The position numbers were made by a program, and so were the translations under genes. Positions 1 through 12,145 of a stretch of DNA of 64,000 nt are shown here, in pieces; position 1 is the first letter of the stretch; each line of letters starts with the position of its first letter. Origin of the DNA: Eledone cirrhosa (taxonomy: Eukaryota); NCBI GenBank assembly GCA_964016885.1, contig OZ024750.1, positions 23,746,001 through 23,810,000 on the forward strand. Direction: 5' to 3'. The notes under the pieces were generated by a model that saw only the letters and a program-made list of their open reading frames with translations, ran no database searches and was not told the DNA's origin.

Positions 1-399
1 CCAACAAATTAAGTGGCTGTTAAGAGTCAACAGAGCTGGTACCTGGGTATTTAGCACCGTTGGCTCACCCTACAATATGCACTGCCTTCTCTCAAATAAA
101 ATAATTTCAATTTATAGTTTGGCAAGCTGACCACACTAAGAAAATTACTAAGCCTGCATTTTCTGCTGTTAGGAGACAGATCTTTACATGATACAGCCCT
201 TTCCATCACTTTGGATATCCCCACAATGCTTAAACGTGGCAAAGATATTTAATGATTCATTTATTGAGATACTGTTTCATCATTATTTTCACATCCAATT
301 TTGGGGTGTTTCAAGAATATTTTGCAGTTAAATACTTTTCTTGATGCCAACTCTTTTAGTCGCTTCTTACAAGGGGCAAAGTGCTGTATCTATTTTAAA

Positions 400-925
400 A
401 ACCAGAGTGTGGCTCTTCTGATTACTGAATGTTAGGGAAGTAGGTGTAAAAGTCAAACTCACTGTCTTCAATTCAGGTTTATTGCTAACCCTTACCTATG
501 GTCATGAATCTTGGGTAACAACCAAAAGAATAGGATCAAGAAAACAAGCGGCCGAAATGCGGTTCTTCCTAAGGGACTTTGGAATAACATTATTTGATAA
601 AGTGCGTAGCTTGGAGACCAGAGTCACTCCAGGTAGAGCCACTACTTCTCCGAATTGAGCGATCACAGCTCCGATACTATGAGCATGTGGTTAGAATGTC
701 TCAGGAAAGAATCGCTGAACAAATTTTATGGGCGAAGTCAACAGGTAGGTGACCCAAGGGTAGACTCCGAACAAGATGGTTGGATAACATCCATGAACTT
801 GGCTGGTGACGCTTGGGGATCCAGCCAGATCAGTTGGAGATGGTTCCTTCTGACAACCTGTTGGAGGGAGTGTTTGAGGACTCTAGCCCCACGACCCTCT
901 CAGGAATAAGTGGGTGAAGAAGAAG
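400..925 (+). mobile_element. RTE-clade (Expander/Rex3-like) LINE 3' fragment
   Basis: Degenerate LTYGHESWV...QAAEMRF...EPLLLRIERSQL; ends in a (gaa)n tail. Confidence 0.8.
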
Positions 926-1039
926 AGTGTAGCTCTTCTAAATCAGATACACATTTTCAATAAACAATATTGGGAATTCCAATAAAAAATTAAAAAATAA
1001 ATAAATAAAAAAAATCAGAATTGTACAAAATGAATTTAC

Positions 1040-1145
1040 CTCCTGTGTTACTTTTAAAATGTTCTGACTCCTGATAACTTGGTGGTGGTCCTGTATAGCT
1101 TGGCATAAACCCACCAGGCTGGTTGGGGGCTGATGGGACAGACAT
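1040..1145 (-). CDS. First coding exon of a proline-rich PSAP/PPxY protein, LITAF-like or BRI3-like (MSVPSAPNQPGGFMPSYTGPPPSYQESEHFKSNTG); gene continues off the left edge
   Basis: Minus-strand acceptor ttttttgttttag|caaaATG (exon starts at 1149), donor gag|gtaaat, strong Kozak context (A at -3), PSAP and PPSY motifs. Confidence 0.7.
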
Positions 1146-1167
1146 TTTGCTAAAACAAAAAACAATG

Positions 1168-1645
1168 ATTTCTTTATTAGCCACACAGAGCTCACATTAA
1201 GGAAACATTAAAGACGATTACAAGACGATACAGTGTGGACTTTTCTTTGTGTAATATAAAATTCATAAAAGACTAAGAAAATAAACATTTAAAACAAACT
1301 TCCACAAAGTTGAGGAGACTAAGGGTCACTCGTGTAGAAATCGTACAAAAGCCACGGTTACCCTGTACGCTAGGGCAAAGTGCCCTCTCCCAGTCTTTCT
1401 ACTCCAATCTACAGGCAGGCCCATTCACACAGACCATGCTCGCCACTCTCACCCACCTTTCAACAAAGTGGTTGGAAGGCAGCACTCCCTTCTCCACCCT
1501 GATTTTCCTCTTCAAGTGGAATCTCAAAAAGTTAATCAGGGCTTCGCCAAAGAGAAAGATGGCCGTCTTCAACCCTTTCAAAGGCGTCCACCACACGACC
1601 TCTTTCGCTATGGCCACAGGCAGATAAAAATTGCCTGTCCTTGCC
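1168..1645 (-). mobile_element. L1/Tx1-like LINE 3' end with poly(A) signal
   Basis: AIAKEVVWWT...LINFLRFHLKRKIRVEK...F.ERW C-terminal peptide; ends at ggctAATAAAgaaat. A similar tail lies near 23175-23215. Confidence 0.55.
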
Positions 1646-1774
1646 TTCTAAAGGAGAACAGCGGGGCGATCTTCACAATGGACTCAGTTGATAGTCGGAT
1701 CCGTCCTACAGCAGGTGCTCGACATAAACCCAGTGTCAGTATATACATAAAACGATCGGTGGTGGTGGTGGATT

Positions 1775-2070
1775 GACTTTACAGTTCGAAATAAAAAGCA
1801 AAATTATCTCGTTTGATGCACTGCGCATGTACAAATAAATGTTAGGGTTGGCCAGGTCCCCCCATAAGTTTGTATGTTTATAACCATTATTGAACCATTG
1901 AACACGTTAAAGCCTGACCCACCGGAATTTTATCCTATAATAAATACACGCACACAATATATATTTTGTGCAGCATTTTTAGCATTTTGTTATTTACGTG
2001 TTCGCAGATCTAAAGAATCCTGTAAATCTGACGAGCTAATTTGGTAATCTTTATTTCGAACCGTAAAGTC
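1775..2070. mobile_element. MITE-like element with about 40-bp imperfect terminal inverted repeats
   Basis: gactttacagttcgaaataaa...aaattatctcgt at the left end; acgagctaattt...tttatttcgaaccgtaaagtc at the right end. Confidence 0.6.
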
Positions 2071-3084
2071 CTACACACAAAAATAATAACAGAATTAGGA
2101 GAATTTTTTCTAAAATTAAAAACAACTTAATGGTTAGATTATAGGCAAAACTAATAATTTTAAGATATACAGCTATGAACCGCAACTCAAGATTTTAAAA
2201 GTTATAACAAAAATTTAGAATTGCTAAAACTTTTTTTTTCTCTTTTAAATACCAATTTTAACCATTTATTAGTTTATATTTTAAATCGATGCAATGAAAT
2301 AACTTCAACTACTCTATTGAGTTCATTAATCTATTTTTAAATTAATTTCATTTCGGAGGTTAAAGTGTGCACGTCTTTGTTTTTGTTTTGTGTCTGACCA
2401 AATTTTGGTATATTTCTTTCGTAATTCAAATTTATTCTATAAAATGTGTTTATAAGTACATAAATAAGTAAATATTTCACGAATTGTAATAAAGATATTT
2501 TGGCGAAACAAGTAACAAGAGAATACAAACACTATCATTTTCAATCTTAAAGTTTGAAACTTACAAAAACTCTTCCCACTAAAGTTTAAAATATATATTA
2601 ACAAAACTACGTTGCTAATTAGACTAATTAGTCAGGAAATTATATATTTTCTTTCTCTTACACACACACACATATTTTATAGCATTAAGTTGAAACAAAA
2701 CAGATGGTTAGTTTATTTAACGGATTTCGTGTTATTTCGCAGTTTGTATATCCAATCTAAGTGGGTCGAATTAACAACAACAAGCGTTAAGAGTAGCAAT
2801 AATAATTATTTGCTATTCATTCATAGAAATTAAAAGCTGTTTCAAAAAGGATTTGCAGGGCGTATGAGGATGTATAAACAATCATATATATTAGAAATAA
2901 TAGGTAGGACAAAAAAACGTTACACAAATATAAGTACATGTTGAAAATGTACGTTAGACTTCACATAAATGCATGTGTGTGTTGTTTTCTATATAATATG
3001 TATATAAGTAGTAGGTAGGTAACAATATCCAAGATGCAGAGTTTGAATATAATAATTAAGGCCAGTTACGTTGTAGTAACAGGC

Positions 3085-3126
<42 letters not shown>

Positions 3127-3179
3127 CATTGAATTATTTAATGTTATATTTACTATAGGTATCGAGTACTGTCGTTATG

Positions 3180-3219
<40 letters not shown>

Positions 3220-3239
3220 ATATATATACATACATAAAA

Positions 3240-3420
3240 AGTATGACCCCGACGACAGAGCTCAAGCCGTTTCGACGGCTATTTCTGGACTGAAATAGCC
3301 GTCGAAACGGCGTGAGCTCTGCCGTCGGGGTCATACTGTCTCCTATTACCCACTCTACTACCCTAAGTATTGAGTACTCTGGTGCGTTATGGTCCATCTT
3401 GTTCCTTACCACAACTCCGC
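3240..3420 (+). mobile_element. Fold-back pseudo-LTR relic containing the 3' half of a hammerhead
   Basis: 46-bp-arm palindrome at 3240-3337 containing GAAAC-GGC...GCC-GTC, flanked by microsatellites. Second copy at 50454-50634. Confidence 0.6.
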
Positions 3421-3424
3421 TATA

Positions 3425-3470
<46 letters not shown>

Positions 3471-3636
3471 ATCGTGTAAAGTCTATTTTCCACGCTAGCA
3501 TGGATTAGACGGGTTGTCCCGTCTGAGGCAAGTTGGGTCAGGTGAACGTGTCTTGCTCATACAGAACTGTTTGGAGCTTGGTTTCTATGGTTGGGTGCCT
3601 TTCTTAAAGCCAACAACATTTACAGTGCGAGCTGTA

Positions 3637-3709
<73 letters not shown>

Positions 3710-5440
3710 TATGACGATGGCTCGATTTCGAGTAATGCCATCGCTTGATACTTAAGCATGAGTATCACGATGTGGCTTTTTAGTCCTGACAGGGACTTGC
3801 CTATGACCATCCATGCCATGCATCGCAAAATAATGTCACATCAAGCGATGCCTGTGCTCGAAGCTTTTTTTTTAAGTGAGGAAAAGCTTTGCACGGAACC
3901 AATCCTACACTCTGAACATCAAATGGATTTACCCAGAAAGTAGAACTGGTCGACATGATTGGATGCAAACTAAGTCGCAGGTTTTATATCAGAGTGACCT
4001 TCTAGAGAGTTATCTTGATGAAGACGGAGTCTCTCGCTCCACAAAAAAAAAAAAAGGAAAAAAAAAAAGGATGGCCGTTGACTCCCGAGATTACTCCGCC
4101 CCTTTATGGGTTTTGTTTGTCACCCTGCAGGGTGCCCAAAATCACCCTCACCAAGAAAGCTTGGTGGGATTGCCGGTTCAGTCGTCGACGACCCGACCAT
4201 GCACAGGTTGTACTGCGTTACATGTTACCAGTAACGCTGAAAAGCGAACTGACATAACATGCACATATATATATATATATACATACATATATACGTATAT
4301 ACGTATACATAAATATACACACATACACAAATATGCACATATATGTGTGTGTGGTCAAAAGTAGAAGATATATGTGTGTGTAGAGAGAGAGAGAACCATA
4401 TATCCAGAGAAGACAGTATATTGTGCATATACTAAATATATATTACAGAGAAGAACATGTATTCAAGATGGTGTTTATATATATATATATATACGTCTAT
4501 ATTATTGCATGAAAAGTATAGTGATACAGTTTTGCAATAAAACTGAAACAACAACATGTAGCAAGTGCCACAACAGTTTAGTCCATTCTTATATTTATAT
4601 CAAAGCCATTTAATGTTGACATCGATGACAAAATTGGAGTGCATGAGTTGCTAGGACAAGGAAGAAATATACTGAAGGTTTTTTTTTTAAATTAGCAAAG
4701 GTATGAAAAGATTGTGTCAAACATTGAGCTGTATTACACTATCGCCGGGACCTTAGGCTTTCATGTGTTTTGGGTCCCTTCTGGCATGTGCCTCAGCAGG
4801 GGAATAAAAAATATATATATATATATATATATATATTTTGACGGACTTGTAGTCTCTGCAGGACCTCTAAGCTTTAGTCTCGTCAGCTCTAGAATTAATA
4901 TGGCCATGGTCAAACGGTATATAATAAAAATATTTAAATTTAATGTCAGCAATGGCTATAGTATGACTGGGTCCAGTAACAAAACTGACCGGTTCCAATC
5001 CACACTAACACGCAATATACATACATGCATGCATACACAACACACATATATATATATAATCGTTAAAACACTGCTCTAATGACCAGCCAGGCTGTGAGTT
5101 TTCAGTTAATATCCAAACTACTGACAAGTTTCAAGAGTACGTAAGCTGGACAGGTGCGGCGGTCAGAAAATATTTTTGTCAGCTGTTTCTTTTCACAAGA
5201 TGTCCACCGACTTAATAGTTCGTTTAGCCGCTGACCAGCTTAGTTAATTAACCAAACAGCTTCACGGAGAAAAATATACTGTATATAGAAATGGAAACAA
5301 TCACATCATTTAATACAACACAGAGAGAGACCTGTTAAAGATGTGGATATATATATATATATATATATATAGCTTCCAACAGTCATAGTTGCATTCTTTA
5401 AGGGTATGTCAATATTTATTTATAAAACTGCTCTATATGA

Positions 5441-5505
5441 TATTTTATCTGATGAAAGCACACCATAATTTAACTTGGTGTCCTTGAAATATGTATAATG
5501 AAATA
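5441..5505 (+). ncRNA. Minimal type I hammerhead ribozyme motif in a pseudo-LTR relic (about 5371-5630)
   Basis: UAUUUUAU-CUGAUGA-AAGCACACCA...UGGUGUCCUU-GAAAU-AUGU-AUA^AUGAAAUA. Related copies at about 12835-13012 (-) and 52773-52945. Confidence 0.7.
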
Positions 5506-5644
5506 AATATGGTTTTATAAATATAGTTTCCATTTGTTAATATCGTATTTTTACTCCAATTTTTTGTTGAGTGCTTTATATCAGTTATAAAAATATTTGC
5601 TTGTTGTATCCCAACAATTTAAATAGAACTTTTACATATATATA

Positions 5645-6011
5645 AACACGCACACATCAATAAATGTAAAAGAAAGTCTTACTGTGTCTTCAGAGAAGTT
5701 GGTCCCAGAGATACGAGTGGAAGCGAGTGCCTGCCAGTTATTGAGAAGGATTGTCAGTCGATATGTCCGACGATGTGAGAAACAAGAGGACTGTTGTGAA
5801 TATGGTGTCAAAACTTCACATAGAACAAACACTTTCCAAGAATATTAGCGTAGACTGCTGACTTGCAGCTGTTCTGTAGAATGGATAGAAAAGTAGACAG
5901 ACCCAAGGCCGGGGCCAGAGGAAGCCTGTGTTTGTAATAGACCAGGAGACAGCAATGATATAATGGTAAATAGTATCACGTTAACCTATTGAGACGGAAT
6001 ACAGTGTGACA
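5645..6011 (+). mobile_element. Possible partial solo LTR; related 5' half at 32532-32680
   Basis: Ends in tgtgaca and shares cacgcac...caataaatgtaa with 32628-32654, whose copy begins tgtaacg. Confidence 0.35.
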
Positions 6012-6106
6012 TGAATATACATACATACATACATTGAGTGGAGAGAGAGTGTGACATCAATATATATATATATGTAAGTGAAATGAAACAAGGCGACAAG
6101 TCCTAT

Positions 6107-6130
6107 GATACTCTGACGTCATAGCATCAC
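6107..6130. promoter_or_regulatory. Full CRE (TGACGTCA, 6114-6121) centred in a 24-bp imperfect palindrome
   Basis: tgatactcTGACGTCAtagcatca, near CpG-containing unique sequence with ETS- and YY1-like motifs at 6555-6585. Confidence 0.35.
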
Positions 6131-6858
6131 AAGATTCGCAAGTAGAGCTAATACCATACGTCGTTGTTTCGAATCATTTCTACACAACTCTTACAACATA
6201 TTATGTAATTTCTAAATTAGTTTTACTTCATATTTAATAAACTACAATTATTGTCCAGCAACATTTTAGCTTATACTACTTCGTTCTGCCTTTTTTTCAG
6301 AAAGTTTTTTTTTTTTTCCTTCAACTTTAATATTTTCTCCAGTTTCTTTTTTGTATTAACTTGTCACGCTGTGTGCTAACTTCTGTCTAGAGATACTGTA
6401 TATTATCGGAATCATTCTATCAACCTCTGGCCATAAAACTTAATGCTAGACTAAGTTGTAGCATTCAGCTTTCCCTTCTAATACCATACCTAATCTAGAA
6501 TTAATATTTTATTGTACAGTTGTATATAAAAATAATATACTTAGCCTAACTTATGTCGTCTGGCTTCCGTTATTCTGCCATAGTCTAAATGTTTGGAGTC
6601 ACGGTGCTATTTTCTGGCAATACAATTAATAATTTAATCAAGACCCAGCGTGTATACACATTAAACATCCTTCTTTTAGAGAAACTTTAAAGATTATGCG
6701 TAGACTAGCCAAGAATTTTAAGTATGTATATTTTTTCTTTTGATCTTTGCTGGCTCTCCGAGACCGGTGTGATCGATACAGTTATTGCAAATCGAACGAC
6801 TGCAAGACAATTATGTGTAGGGAGGAAGTTTCAGAGAGACGATTTCTGTGCAGTAGTA

Positions 6859-6945
6859 ATGTCTGAGTTAGAAAAGCCTTTCCACTGTGAAATATGTGCA
6901 AAATCGTTTGTCAATAACTGATTTAACTGCACACAAAAGAACCCC
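6859..6945 (+). pseudogene. Decayed single C2H2 zinc finger (MSELEKPFHCEICAKSFVNN / DLTAHKRT)
   Basis: EKPF-C-x2-C-x3-F, then after a frameshift L-x2-H-KRT. The second His is lost in a poly-C run. Confidence 0.65.
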
Positions 6946-7199
6946 CCCCCCCAAAAAAAAACCTGTGTGGAGTAGACACAATATTGGAGACGATGGGGGT
7001 CACGAGTGAGTTGGTAGTGGTGTACAAATGATGGTGGCACAAGATAAAATGGAAGCCTTTGATCTTAGCTCTGCTTGGCCAGGGCTGACCTATGCCTAAA
7101 CAACTGACCCCGCCAACTTTCAATAGCATAGTTAGTGAGTATGGCATTTTAGGATCTGTTGTATAAGCCTAGTTGGTGAGGCAACTCTAATTATGCCAC

Positions 7200-7660
7200 T
7201 GCCAACTTTGAATTAACTCTGAGACAAGTCTGAGATTTTTAGCATTGATTTGAAATGTTGATTTTGTTAGTCAACATGTACATTGAAGTCTACCATCAGG
7301 ATATATGACTCAGTGACTTGATCAAAGAAGGACCTGTATTCGGACTCCTTCTTTGGTGCATAAACTTGCACCACCAACAGAGACCTATCTTTCAGCCTCA
7401 GCTTCAAGAGGCAAATACTCCTTCCAAACGGGATCCAGTCCATAACACAATCTGAAAGCCAGGAGCTTGGGAGTATCACCACGCCTGCCTGTGCAGTCAT
7501 TTATGGTGCCACACCTGAATAGTGGAGTTTCCATCTGCCATCCAAATCTACAGTATCAGAGCCACAGAACTTTGTTGAGGAAACCCCAACTATATCTAGT
7601 CGGTAGCATCTAGCCTGCTCCTTACCTGTAAGAGTTGTGATGCTTCAGGTTCCAGTTGTC
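7200..7660 (-). mobile_element. RTE LINE apurinic endonuclease fragment
   Basis: QAGVVIL...LLVVQVYAP...ILMVDFNVHV APE motifs. Confidence 0.75.
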
Positions 7661-8470
7661 AAGGTTTGCTCCCTTCCAGACCCCCTTTGGGCTCTCGGGA
7701 TACTCAACTCTCTGCGTCCTTCCCACGCCTCCCATGAGAGGCTCATTCCCAGTTTATGCAGCATGAAATGGGGACTGCAATATATTTTTTGAACAGGCCC
7801 CTCTACCTAAGGCCTGAATGCGTCCCTTGTTAACCTGCACAAAGGACGGTATAGTACGTTTTTTCTTTATTTTCCTCATCGTATTACAGTTTTAGTTTCA
7901 GTGGTCTTATTCGCGCCACTCACCACTCTGATACTTTGTCAAACCTGCAAGGACTAGGCTTATTTAGAGATCATCATCATCATTATCATTTCATTTTACG
8001 TCCGCTTTTTCCCTGCTTGCAAGGGTGGGACGGGAACTGATACTGGCTTGATTTCTACAGCTGGATGCCCTTCCTAACACCAACCTCATTTACAGTGAGT
8101 ACTGGGTGCTTTTTTGCCGTGGCACCTCCACAACCACTTTGCAGTGGAATGATAGGGACCTCAGTCCCTAGCATCTCATTTCTATAGCTGAGTAAACTAC
8201 AGATGTCTAAATTAATTAATTAAATAAATATATAAGACATAAGCAATTTATACGCTTATTTTTTTTTATTTTCAAGCAACACATTCAAGGAATAAACAAA
8301 CATTTTAGCTTTATAAAAGGTATTTGCAGATCCCAAAACAGCTAATATCAACCACATGATAAGCTATTATGATTGGTCAATTATTTTATCACACTTTTCA
8401 TGATTGGTTGACCAATTCAAACACACAAATTTGGAAACACAGGAATTATAGTTATTTCAATTTTTTATAG

Positions 8471-8654
8471 ATTACTGTAGCTGGAATGTCTGGTCTTTCT
8501 GGCATTTCTGCAGTAAAGCCAGGAACATTTGATATGTTGGATATTAGAATTGATTCTTGCCAGAACCTTCCAACAAAAATACCTTTAATCAACAATGAAT
8601 ATCTACAGACTTCTCGGGTACCAGAGTACAGTTTTCCTGAACCTAACACACAAG
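8471..8654 (+). CDS. Candidate exon of unknown product (ITVAGMSGLSGISAVKPGTFDMLDIRIDSCQNLPTKIPLINNEYLQTSRVPEYSFPEPNTQ)
   Basis: ttttttatag| acceptor, aag|gtaaac donor, fully open frame in non-repetitive sequence. No homolog recognised. Confidence 0.35.
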
Positions 8655-11600
8655 GTAAACCATTCTCTATCATTGTATTATAGCCGTTTTTTCATTACCA
8701 TATTTCTAATGAAACACAGAACTTATGATGTTCAAATAATTTTCAAAATAATCAAGAATTTGAGTAATTTAGCAATATAACTAACTTTCTCATTATTACA
8801 TTAGTGTTTGGAATATAATTTAACAAAGGTTCTTACATAAAATTATGATAGTGTTCAAACTGTAAATGTGGTTGGTGTTAGGAAGGGCATCCAGCTTAAA
8901 TACCCATCCAGCTTAAATTTCCTCACCGGCGCAAGGTGTGACATATGGCCAACCCTGGCATGGATGACCTGTCTAACTTATGCAAGCATGGAAAAATTGA
9001 CGTTAAACGGAAATGATGATGATGATGATGATGTGCAACTTTTCGGAATGGAAACAATCAGCTTCTGAAATGTATATAATATTCTCAGAATTATCAAGTG
9101 TAAATTAAGTTGCCATCAAATATGTTACACAAAACTACAACGATGCTTTTAATATGTTCTGCATTTACTACTAATAAAAGCTGCCATAGCACATAAATAG
9201 AGTGAAACTTCAAAATAAATTATTAGAAGACAACTGTGAAAACCATCTCTTAGAAGAAAGTGCAGGTCTTTATCCATATACACATAGCAATATGAGATGC
9301 TACTGAAACATCATGAGCATCTACACAGAACACATTAGTAATGAAAGCATTCACACAACAATCAGGCAGCAAGTGGGGGGAAAAACTATGAAGGCTTGCT
9401 AACTGCTGTAAAGAAAATAAAACTGAGCTGGTATGGTAATATGACAAGATCTCTGATAGATTGATAAAAGAACAGTTCATGGTAGAAGAAGACAAGGAAG
9501 TTTGAAGAAAAAATGGAGGGATAAAATCAAGGAATTGACCAGTAAAAACTTCCTGACAACCCAAGTCCTGTCTCATGACAGTGATGGATGGATGGAGATG
9601 GTATACTACTTCCCTCTGCAGTGCCCACATGACCCTGAAATATCAAGGGAAAACTGAAGTGAGTAACATAGCAATATATTTATTGCCAAAAATATTTATA
9701 TTTATCACCTAAATCTGCTCTTCAATGACATAAACCCATTACATTCTGACTAGCAGTCTTTGCGACTAGTAGGCATTCTGATAGTAATGTACACCATTGA
9801 GGAAGCACATGTGAAGTTAGATTATTCAGCTCATGATCATATGGCTATATGTTTGATTCCTGGTGGCATGCTGTGCCCTTGAGTAAAACACTTTATTTCA
9901 TATTTGTTCCAGCCAAAAATCCTATCATTGAGTGTGGAAAAAAAATCATGTCATTGAGTGTGGTGACTGTCCTCTCCAACAAGATTGGAAAATATTATCT
10001 AACATTCTTTCCTGCTGGTAATACCTGAGGAGATTTTAAACTGAAGCCAATACTTTTTTTGTATTCAGAAACATCAAGAAAGGGACAACTATGGGCATGT
10101 TTTGGTAAATTTGACCTCACCAGCTAACTTTGATCATTTGACAAATATTTTTACCAATGGAAAGAAAGAGTTACAAATACAAGATCTGTTAAAAAAGTAA
10201 CCAACTTGTTTTTTTCTTATGGAAAGTAAAGCAATTGGAAAGATAAAAATGTAGAGAGTGGAGCCATATACATTTATACACATACATAATTCTTGGCAAG
10301 CTCATTGGATTCTTCAGTTGTTATCAAGTAGCTAGTGTGTGATGATGGAACATGTAGAACACAAGATCCTGAGTTCCTGAATACTGTGATGAGACATGGG
10401 TGTACAGAACCCAGAAACTAAAGCTTAGCATCCACCATTGCTAAGGCCCCAAAAAGTACATTAGATGTGGAGCAAAATCAAGATGCGGCTAACTGTTTGC
10501 TTTAACTACCGAGGCACTATGTATCATGAATACACATAAGAAACACAATAGTTACAAAGGGGGTAGTATCAGGAAGTCCTCCAATGTTTTCATGATACAG
10601 TTCAGCTCAAGAGACTGAATATGTGGGCCTCACAACACTGGCTCATTTGTCACAGCTGATCCAAGGCTTAAAAAGCTGATATAGGCTTAAAAATGGAATG
10701 AGAGTAAGAAGGAAGCAAGAACGGCGGGGGGAGGTCCTCGTCAGTTGTCTCCTAGGGGTCTCGGATATTTCAACGCTTTAAAGACAATATATCTACCCCC
10801 ATGGCATTCAATAACTGGGTAAGTTATCGGGAAAACGGAGGAGGGAGAGAAGGAAAATGGAAGGGAAAAGGGGAAAAGAGAAAACAGCGAAAAACAACAA
10901 CAAACCGAAGAATGTACAGCAACTAGAGAGAGAATCCAAGATCACAGCAGTAACAGAACATAAGTTCGAGAGCGTGTGATCAAATGAAAAAGGTGACTGA
11001 TCCAAGTGTGTGTGAGTAAGAAAAAGACTGCTAGGGAAAACAATGAGGTGGCAAGCAGAGAGAGGGTGAGTGAAAGTGAGAGGGAGAAAGGGAGAGGAAG
11101 AAAGAGGGGAGAGAGTAGATAGTAATGAAGTAGGTAGGTAGAGGGAGAGAGAAGATGGGTCACAGCGAAACATGATAAAATATATGGAGAATATGGTGGC
11201 TGTGTAGTTGCTAGTAAGTTAGGCTTAAAAATGGAATGAGATAAGAAGGAAGCAAAAACAGAAACAGAAAATGCACACAGTTACAAAAGATGAATGATAG
11301 CTGTATCTATACCTCGTCAGCCACCTTGCTGTCAGTGCAGTTTTGTGCATTAAGGTTGTCCTGCACTTGTAATGCAACTTTGCAGAGATCACAACAAGAA
11401 TGCTGCTAATCCAGGTGGATGACAGACTTTGACATGGAGTGATATGATAGGATGATTGATCCTTGAGATTGGGGGGGGGGGGGTCATGGGCATGTGGGGC
11501 TAGGATGCTGGAAGTGCAAAGGATGTCATGCCAGAAGTGAGGGGCAAGTGACATCACATCGGAAGTTCGCAGGTCTTGTTACATTCTTTGGCCAGACATA

Positions 11601-12113
11601 AAACAGGTGAACATTTGCACAGTGAGATTCAGTTCAGTCTCGTGTGGAGACGCAAAGCTGGAACCCTTCACTTCCTATGACAAGAATTAAATGTTTCAGT
11701 GGCAGATATGTTAAGTTTTACACACACACATTTGATCGTGTATTGTTGTTCAATATTTTCCTGCATCGCAAATGTAACAGAGGTGATAAACAAGTCTATA
11801 CATAAACAGTAATAACGCATGGCTGACTCAATAGATCATGTAAAAAAACATGTTAGTACGTGCAGTCAGCCAAAGACATAACCAATACATCAACGAGGTG
11901 CTGCGTTACCATGTCGTTTATAGGAAAATCAGTATCTTTACTTTGGGGACAAACCTCGTATATAAATTATTATTAGCACAGATTAAAAGTTTAAGCAAAC
12001 ATTTTCTACTTTCACCCTAAAGCGGTATGTTTAGGGTGAAAGCAGAAATTGTTTGTTTAAACTTTTAATCTGTGCTAATAATAAATATTTACTCACGAGT
12101 TTATGTATATACT

Positions 12114-12145
<32 letters not shown>

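Noticed and set aside
3716-4260. Protein-coding gene from the ORF at 3876-4364
   Set aside because: The region is a dispersed repeat (inverted copy at about 46880-47070) running into a microsatellite; family not identified.
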